From the NCBI GenBank assembly GCA_965140415.1, contig OZ223209.1, positions 736,001 through 800,000 of the forward strand: a stretch of DNA of 64,000 nt. The letters run 5' to 3'. Positions 57,409-64,000 of the stretch are shown here, in pieces (positions within the stretch are counted from its first letter, which is position 1; each line of letters starts with the position of its first letter). The notes below the pieces were generated by a model, which was not told where the DNA came from, ran no database searches, and saw only the letters and a list, made by a program, of their open reading frames with translations. The translations under genes were made by a program, and so were the position numbers. This DNA comes from Myxococcota bacterium. GTDB lineage: Bacteria > Myxococcota_A > SURF-8.

Positions 57409-59850
57409 TCAGGGGCAACTGGGAGCGGACGTCGCCAGTTGGTTGATAGTGCTGATCTGGCCGCTGCTGCCGTCGATGCGCACCACATGCCACCAGCCGC
57501 CGCCAGCTCCATAACTTGGTCCAGTAATCGAGGCGTACAGCCCGTTGGCGTCGAAGATTTCGACGCGTGCATTCACGCCGCGCCAGGGTCCACCGGCTCG
57601 GCTGAAGTCGTAGATCGAATAGCAATACGTACCGGCAACCAGCGAGTTGATGGTGATCGTTTCCGGAGAGGGTTCCGGGTTGAATGCTTGAATTCCGCCA
57701 TCGTGATCCAGTTGGGCATCCCCGACCGTGCGGTTGCTGTAGTAAACGTGCCCATTGCCGGGCATGTACAAATGGGCGTCCAGATCCGCGCCGCCCAGCG
57801 TCCAGTTGTCCCAGTGCAGCACGATGCGCAGCGCACCTTGCGGCAGTTGCGGCTGGCAACTGAAGGTCACATGCGCCGTGGCTTGTTCGATCAACGTTAC
57901 GGTCATATCCGGGCAGGTGTAGTCACCCATGGCGGGCTGATCGGGAACGTGTGCGCCATAGCTGCGCACCGGGTAGGAGCCGTTTAGCGCGGCTTCACCC
58001 GCCGAATTGCTGGTGACGCTGGTGCCGATGGTCTGCCCGTTGTCCTGCATTTCCCAGTACAGCCCGGAAAGTGTGTCGCCGGTTAGCACGTCCACGAAAT
58101 GACCGATGGCCGCCGGATCGCCGGACCATTGGGTGGGATCGGCGGCATCCAGGGTAATCAGATCGCGTATGCAGGATAATTCCCCGTAATTGTCCACTAC
58201 TTCCAGCTTGATGACATACGCACCGATCTCGTCGAGGGAGATGGTCGGTTGCGCGCTGCTTGGATCGGACAACGCCGCCTGCGAGCCGCTGGGCTGGCTT
58301 TCGATGCTCCAGATATACTCGCTGATGCCATCGCCTGGATCGTCGTCGTAGGAGCCGGTGCCGTCGAGTTGTACGGTGTCGCCCTGGCGAATCTGGTCGA
58401 TGGGCGGCGAGGTGACGCCGATCACGGCCACCGGGCAGGTGTTGAGCAATTCGTTGCCCAATAGTGCAACGGTCAACTCCGGTTGTTCCGGGTCGTTGCT
58501 GGTAATCAGAATTTCCCCGGTATTGTCGCTGTTGGCTACCGGGCTATAGGTTACGCAGACTTCCTGTTCTTCTTCATCGCCGATTTCCGTTGGGGCTACC
58601 GGTTCGTGTGTGAAACTGTATGCGCCGCCGCCATCGTCGGTCATTTCGATGCTGAGGATTCCCAGATCCCAGCAGCCGTCGTTTTGAATGAGCGTACAGC
58701 GTGATGTGGTGCCGCCGAAGGCGACATCGGTGAAATCGATTTCCTCCGGGTCAGCCACGATGACCGGCTCGCAGGCGGTGCCGGTAAGTGGCACTTGCAA
58801 GATCGTGTTGCGTTCGGCATTGGATTGAATCACCAGAGTTGCGGCATCCTCCACTCCATCCGCTGCTTCAGGCGAATAGTGAACGGATACCGTTATTTCG
58901 TCTGCCGGTTCCACATCGAACAGACCCACCGCCTGATTGCTATCGGGGGTATCCGTTACAAAGAATTCCGCTGTTTCCGGGTCCATATACATATCCAGCA
59001 CCGTGATCGTCACGCCACCCAGGTTTTTAAGCAATAGCGATTGCGTATGATCTCCCAGCCGCACCACGCCGAAGTCGATGCGCTGTGGCTCGGCATACAG
59101 TTCGGGGATCGATTTGACATCCGTTTTGATCGGAACGCCGACGTTGGGCTGGCTGGGATCGTTGGAACGGATAATCAGCACGTCCTGATCCGCATCCAGA
59201 TCGCGGGCAGTGTAATTGACGGTGATCTCCGTTTGCTCATCCTTGGCCAGACGGATCGGCAGTGTGTCGGTCTGGGCTTCGAGTTCGGGCACCACATCGT
59301 TTTGATCGTAGTACAAGTAAACCGCGTCGATTAACAGATCCGCCGCGCCGATATTGACCACCGTAACCGTTTTCTGTCGTTGGCTCAATTGTGGCACCGC
59401 GCCGAAATCCAGAGAAAGCGGATCGACCATGATCCAGGGATTGCTTTCCAAATGCGGTACGTCGGTATCGAAGTCGATGTCCGTAATGCCATCGAGCAGG
59501 CCGTCCGGATCGTTGGGATTGATATTGGGCGTATCGCCATCGGGTTGAATGTCGCCGTCGATCTTATCGCCGTCCACATCACCGGCCAGATCTTCATCGC
59601 CGGGGTCGATTGTCGGCAGCTTGCATTCACCGTCGATGCAGAATTGTCCGCTGGGACAGTCGGCATCGTCGGCACATTCGGAAAGAATGCAGGAGCCATC
59701 CGGGTTGCAGCCGTTGACGCAATCGCAATAAGGCGGCGCTTCGGAAACGTCGCCATCCGCGGGCAAACCGGCGCTGTCGTCGCAGCCGAAACCGAAAAAC
59801 AGAACGGCAAAGCCGATCCAGGACATCAACAACATGCGGGACATCGACAT
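57409..59850 (-). CDS. Surface lipoprotein: Cys-rich repeat, DGD linker, 3 choice-of-anchor-D/ASH Ig domains, PKD-like, YfaP-like C-domain
   Basis: GFG-C; CADDADCPSGQFC; P..[LI]DF..N.G..SNDP x3; LDGTGSYD; LHWD..DLDAHL..PETI. Confidence 0.85.
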   Translation of the reverse strand: MSMSRMLLMSWIGFAVLFFGFGCDDSAGLPADGDVSEAPPYCDCVNGCNPDGSCILSECADDADCPSGQFCIDGECKLPTIDPGDEDLAGDVDGDKIDGDIQPDGDTPNINPNDPDGLLDGITDIDFDTDVPHLESNPWIMVDPLSLDFGAVPQLSQRQKTVTVVNIGAADLLIDAVYLYYDQNDVVPELEAQTDTLPIRLAKDEQTEITVNYTARDLDADQDVLIIRSNDPSQPNVGVPIKTDVKSIPELYAEPQRIDFGVVRLGDHTQSLLLKNLGGVTITVLDMYMDPETAEFFVTDTPDSNQAVGLFDVEPADEITVSVHYSPEAADGVEDAATLVIQSNAERNTILQVPLTGTACEPVIVADPEEIDFTDVAFGGTTSRCTLIQNDGCWDLGILSIEMTDDGGGAYSFTHEPVAPTEIGDEEEQEVCVTYSPVANSDNTGEILITSNDPEQPELTVALLGNELLNTCPVAVIGVTSPPIDQIRQGDTVQLDGTGSYDDDPGDGISEYIWSIESQPSGSQAALSDPSSAQPTISLDEIGAYVIKLEVVDNYGELSCIRDLITLDAADPTQWSGDPAAIGHFVDVLTGDTLSGLYWEMQDNGQTIGTSVTSNSAGEAALNGSYPVRSYGAHVPDQPAMGDYTCPDMTVTLIEQATAHVTFSCQPQLPQGALRIVLHWDNWTLGGADLDAHLYMPGNGHVYYSNRTVGDAQLDHDGGIQAFNPEPSPETITINSLVAGTYCYSIYDFSRAGGPWRGVNARVEIFDANGLYASITGPSYGAGGGWWHVVRIDGSSGQISTINQLATSAPSCP

Positions 59851-60426
59851 AACACTTCCATTCCTTGAAATAAGAAAAGCCGCATGGAACAAGCGACAGT
59901 CGCTCGTTCTCGAAAAAACCAATTCGCTGACGTGGCAAGCGACTCGGTGAACCCTCCATCAACTGTTGATCGTGACAACGACAAAACGACAACCTAACAC
60001 GTCGTAAAGCCGAAAGCGTACCAGCCAGCGATTGACAGATCGATATCGGCGGTCGCTTTCGCTTCTGCTGCATAATATTCATACAGGCAGAATATTGTAA
60101 TATTGTGACCAGTTTTCATATGCTTGTCAATCGCTTTTATTTCTGGATGCGTAAAAGCTGTGTATCCGAGCCAGGATACAAAGAGGTCAGGTGGCTTCAT
60201 GATGTCGGACGTCTGCTGCCTTACGTAAAATTTCAAACTGGAAAAAATGAATATCCATTCAATATTTTTGTAGGCATTGGATATTTCAGAGCTTTGGCTT
60301 TCTGTGGTTTTACTTTGCATTGCCGAAATGAAGCTTTACAATAGATGGAATTCGAATGTGTTGCAGTGGGGAAGCTGGTCCGGCACGGATGGTCCCACCT
60401 ATTTCGATAAAAGGAGAGAGGCTATC

Positions 60427-61419
60427 GTGTCCAAGCGCCGAATCGAGTTGGATGTCGCCAAGGGACTGTTGATGCTGCTGGTGGTTTTCGGCCATGCCAG
60501 TTATGTGGGCAGTGCCGCCGGGGTATTGGAGTCGGCGCACGATCTGGTCTATACCTTTCATATGTCCGCGTTTTTATTGATTAGTGGCTACTTGGGTTTT
60601 GTCAGCTACAGTCAATCGGGTCCGCTTTTGGGGCAGTTTCGTAAAATGGCGTTAAGCATCGCGCTACCCTATGTGATATTTCATAGTACCTATTTTCTGT
60701 TGTTATATCTGGCTTCAACTCGTTCGGGGGTTGCAACCAACACCCAGGCCAGTGCCTTGACGCTCTCCGATTTTCTGCTGGCGACCTTCCGCCATCCAAA
60801 AGGCGTGTACTGGTATCTCTACCAATTGTTGCTCTTTTTCCCGCTGCTGCTGATTTCCTGGCGCATCGCCAAGGGACGAGCCACGCCTTTTCTGGTACTG
60901 CTTTTCGGGGCCGTGGCGGCAACGCATCTGCTGGACAATCCGATCAATCCCTTTTTACCCTTGGGTGCGATGGCTGCACTGCTGAAAGCACCGCCGGAAG
61001 GGTCGTGGTGGGGAGCTGTGCCTGTCGCAATGATCCTCGGTTATTTCCTCTGGATCGGCGATCCGGGTAGTTTCTTCATCAGTTTGACCCTGACTGGAAG
61101 TATGCTGGCCTTGTTTTTCGCGATGGCTCGTCAATGGCGGGGCAGAGTGATTTACCTGCTCGGTTTCATCGGGGCGACGACCATGCCTGTTTATGTCCTA
61201 CATCCTTACATCCTGTTTTTGTTCAAGTTTCCGGTTATCAAGAATGCATTGCTAGCCGTGGACCCCAGCGGAGTGTTGCATGTGTTGCTGGCGACAATCG
61301 TGACGATTCCCGGTTGCCTGGGGTTATTGTGGATAGCGCAGAAAATGAAGCTGGACCGGCTGCTCTTCGGTCGCACCGTGAACGACTGGCGCATCTTCAC
61401 CGACCGCTGGGCAGCATAA
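60427..61419 (+). CDS. Acyltransferase-3 family membrane protein
   Basis: RRIELDVAKG..LVVFGH, YTFHM..F..SGY, WYL, YVLH; GTG after AGGAGAG. Confidence 0.92.
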   Translation: MSKRRIELDVAKGLLMLLVVFGHASYVGSAAGVLESAHDLVYTFHMSAFLLISGYLGFVSYSQSGPLLGQFRKMALSIALPYVIFHSTYFLLLYLASTRSGVATNTQASALTLSDFLLATFRHPKGVYWYLYQLLLFFPLLLISWRIAKGRATPFLVLLFGAVAATHLLDNPINPFLPLGAMAALLKAPPEGSWWGAVPVAMILGYFLWIGDPGSFFISLTLTGSMLALFFAMARQWRGRVIYLLGFIGATTMPVYVLHPYILFLFKFPVIKNALLAVDPSGVLHVLLATIVTIPGCLGLLWIAQKMKLDRLLFGRTVNDWRIFTDRWAA

Positions 61420-61795
61420 AACCGGCTACCCAATCAAAGGCTCCCCCCTTCAATTCCGACTCTGTAGAAACTCGTATATATACGAGGCAACGTGATCTAT
61501 GCAGGCGTCCAGATCTGTAATCATCCAACAGGAAATGGGCTGGTTGGTTCTCCAGTAGCTAAGAGAATTTTATAGCTAGGAATGAAATTCTGGAGGCATG
61601 AAGTGCTTATCTTGGATTTTACATGAGTGTAAAACAGCACAACACTATCCAATAATTGTTGCTGTCTCCATAATGTTATGGTACCAATTACTTAACTAAA
61701 TCAAAATCAATAGAGTGCTTTGCGGGCAACCTGGGTCCACTTCGAAGACGGATGCGATTGATCGATCGTTCAACCTATAGGGATTGGATATCATA

Positions 61796-62392
61796 ATGAT
61801 ACATTCGAGAAGCATGATTGGGAATGGTGTCTTTGCGCTGGTGTGTCTTGCCGCTGCCGCTGCGATGTTCTTAGGTGGATGTGAAGACAACTTCGAGTGC
61901 GGGGTAGAAACAGGTGAAGGTGCGATCCGATCCTGTGTCGGGAAAAGCGAAGTGTGTGTATGCGCAACCAATCGTTGTGCGGTTTACGATGCCGGCTGTG
62001 AAACGAAGTATCGGTATGTATATGGAACGAGTATAGGTAAGTCGATTGAGGGCGAGAACTGCATAAAAATAGATGATATTGAGGATTTGTACAAAGTAGG
62101 TGGATTGATTCACGAAGGCATCGCTTGCCCGTTAGAGCCTCCGGTTTGTGGAATTGCGGGAGATGACGACCAACCGGTTGAATGTGCCAGTGGGGAGCGT
62201 TGCTTATGTCAAGAGGAAGGTGGCGTTTGTGTGCGGGAAGACGCGGAATGCTTGAGTGAAGGCGCGATATGTATAAATGAAGACGGGGTCTGTGCAAATT
62301 CAGGCTATCGCGCGACGTTCGCTTGGGAATGCATCGAAACACAGCAAGAATCGCTTGTCTTTGCAGATGATGAAACCAGGTTGTGTCCATAA
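61796..62392 (+). CDS. Cys-rich lipoprotein with an internal duplication
   Basis: LGG-C; two similar units (CG..SC..E.C.C..CA..DA.C..YRY and CG..EC..E.C.C..CV..DA.C..GYR). Confidence 0.8.
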   Translation: MIHSRSMIGNGVFALVCLAAAAAMFLGGCEDNFECGVETGEGAIRSCVGKSEVCVCATNRCAVYDAGCETKYRYVYGTSIGKSIEGENCIKIDDIEDLYKVGGLIHEGIACPLEPPVCGIAGDDDQPVECASGERCLCQEEGGVCVREDAECLSEGAICINEDGVCANSGYRATFAWECIETQQESLVFADDETRLCP

Positions 62393-62449
62393 ACACGATA
62401 CGCATGATTGATCGAGCTAATCGCCAATTTCAATAGGTAGGGTATTCAG

Positions 62450-64000
62450 ATGAAAACGCAATCCACGGTCCTGATAACGGTACAGATCTTCTGCATTGCT
62501 GTCATCATGTTCTGCGCTACAGCGCAAGCAGAGGCACAATCGAATGACTTCACGAATATCTACATTGTGTATGAGGCTGGTGTACCTGTAGCAGCGGATG
62601 GTGATGCCGATGTGGATTCGGAAATTGAAGGAGAGGCGGAGCAGGGTGACGACTCGGAGACTGATGTTGATGCGGACTCTGAAAATATAAGTTGCACTAG
62701 GAATGAACTGGAGTTGAGCATCCCGAAGGGAGCAAAAATAGGTTCTGAAGAAGTGAGGGTAGAAGAGGGATACTGTATCGCGAAGGATTGGCCAGAAAGG
62801 TGTAATGCTGATTATATCTGTAAACTCAAACAAGAAGAAGAATACAGGGTAATAAGTGGGGAAACCAGCCGGTCGCAGAATATCTACATGATTAAATCCG
62901 AACTGTTTGTAATAGATGAAACTAAGAATATGTTTTTTGAATATCTCAGGCCTACAAAGGTCAAAGCCTATATCGGGATAAAAAATATCGCGAATGACAA
63001 TGTATTGAATGTGATGAAGGAGCATCTCCGTTTGTCGCTTCTGGAATCGGACCCAGTCGGGAACAGCGGCTCGGATTTCCATCCCGATAATGAGTATGCT
63101 GTTTGTGATTACGAAAGCAAACGGGATCTGACTGATTCCCTGGCATTGACCGTATCTTTCATTCCAAAGTCTGGAGTGATTTTCAATCCCAACGGCAAAC
63201 AACTTGGGAGATTCCCTTTTAAAGGAAATGGACACGATGCCAAGGAGTCAATAACTAGCCGCAATTGGCGATTGAGAAACATTCCTGAAACCGCATATTA
63301 TCAAACAATCAACAACGAAAAGTGTTTTGATTTGAATGTGGGATTATCAAGGCTGTATAATACTGTAGGGAAATGTACGTATCGAGAGACGAAAGAATCT
63401 CCTGATGTCCAAAGAGTATGTTGTGAAAATACTGAAACCGAAGCAAAGATAGTAGTAAAATACAAAGATACGGTAAGAAATGAAAATAACATAATTAAAA
63501 ATAATATAACAATTGATATTAAAACTGAACCAACTGTCTGTAAGAATTACAGTATAACACCATTAACAAAACTATATGGCGGGACCAGAAACGCCAAAAT
63601 GCTGTTCCAAGCAAAAATGCCGAATGAATTATGCCTGCTACCGAAAAGCATTGAAACCAATAGCGAAATCGTAGAGCCGAAACGAGTTTCCTTACAGCCC
63701 TATTCGGTAGATGGCTTGGATCCATCCACGAAAATATTAATGGCGAAATTCGTCTCGGTTAAAGCAAGTACGGGACGGCAAGATGTCGAGTTCGATGTCA
63801 CGCGCAGCAATGAAGAAAATAAAAAGAAGGTCGTGGTTACAACAAGACCCAGCCCGGTTGTGAAGCGCGATCCGGAAGTCGTGGTGATGGACAGTAAGAC
63901 TGGAAAGGTATCATACAAGGCAAAAACCCCAGGTGAAGTGTTTATTGCAACGGACGGAGACAATTGGTTCAACTGGCCCCTGAACAGGCCGGATTATTGG
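62450..64000 (+). CDS. Large secreted hypothetical protein (partial, runs off the window)
   Basis: Manual translation from ATG 62450 (MKTQSTVLIT..AQAEAQ) shows no stop to 64000; absent from the ORF track because no stop is reached; acidic DGD segment; AT-rich. Confidence 0.8.
   Translation, partial: MKTQSTVLITVQIFCIAVIMFCATAQAEAQSNDFTNIYIVYEAGVPVAADGDADVDSEIEGEAEQGDDSETDVDADSENISCTRNELELSIPKGAKIGSEEVRVEEGYCIAKDWPERCNADYICKLKQEEEYRVISGETSRSQNIYMIKSELFVIDETKNMFFEYLRPTKVKAYIGIKNIANDNVLNVMKEHLRLSLLESDPVGNSGSDFHPDNEYAVCDYESKRDLTDSLALTVSFIPKSGVIFNPNGKQLGRFPFKGNGHDAKESITSRNWRLRNIPETAYYQTINNEKCFDLNVGLSRLYNTVGKCTYRETKESPDVQRVCCENTETEAKIVVKYKDTVRNENNIIKNNITIDIKTEPTVCKNYSITPLTKLYGGTRNAKMLFQAKMPNELCLLPKSIETNSEIVEPKRVSLQPYSVDGLDPSTKILMAKFVSVKASTGRQDVEFDVTRSNEENKKKVVVTTRPSPVVKRDPEVVVMDSKTGKVSYKAKTPGEVFIATDGDNWFNWPLNRPDYW

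Noticed and set aside
62417-63235. 272-aa minus-strand ORF
   Set aside because: Antisense shadow of the signal-peptide-bearing ORF starting at 62450

Overview
This window looks like chromosome from a deltaproteobacterial or Myxococcota-like bacterium; that placement is inferred from gene content. It contains a flagellar cluster on the minus strand (flgF-G-A-H-I-J[M23]-M-N-K-L, a PilZ gene, csrA, fliW and a GT2-TPR glycosyltransferase) with recognisable sigma54 and sigma28 promoters, plus a divergent fliJ. It also has myxobacteria-type motility-like genes (FrzS-like, FrgA-like), a CpxRA-like two-component pair, housekeeping genes (rsmE, mobB, thpR, ribH, nusB, dodecin), an orphan NosL/ABC/Cys-His membrane module, a glycerolipid operon with an apparently dead GpsA paralogue, and many acidic 'DGD' or Cys-rich lipoproteins. 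The most unusual non-coding signals are dispersed REP-doublet (REPIN-like) elements: family A x3, family B x3 and GTAG-type REPs. Family B copies are flanked by long, diverged direct repeats. There is also a ~320-bp quasi-symmetric iteron/pentamer element at 9.1-9.4 kb. I saw no tRNA, rRNA, CRISPR array or transposase. All assignments come from reading motifs by eye; no database searches were run.
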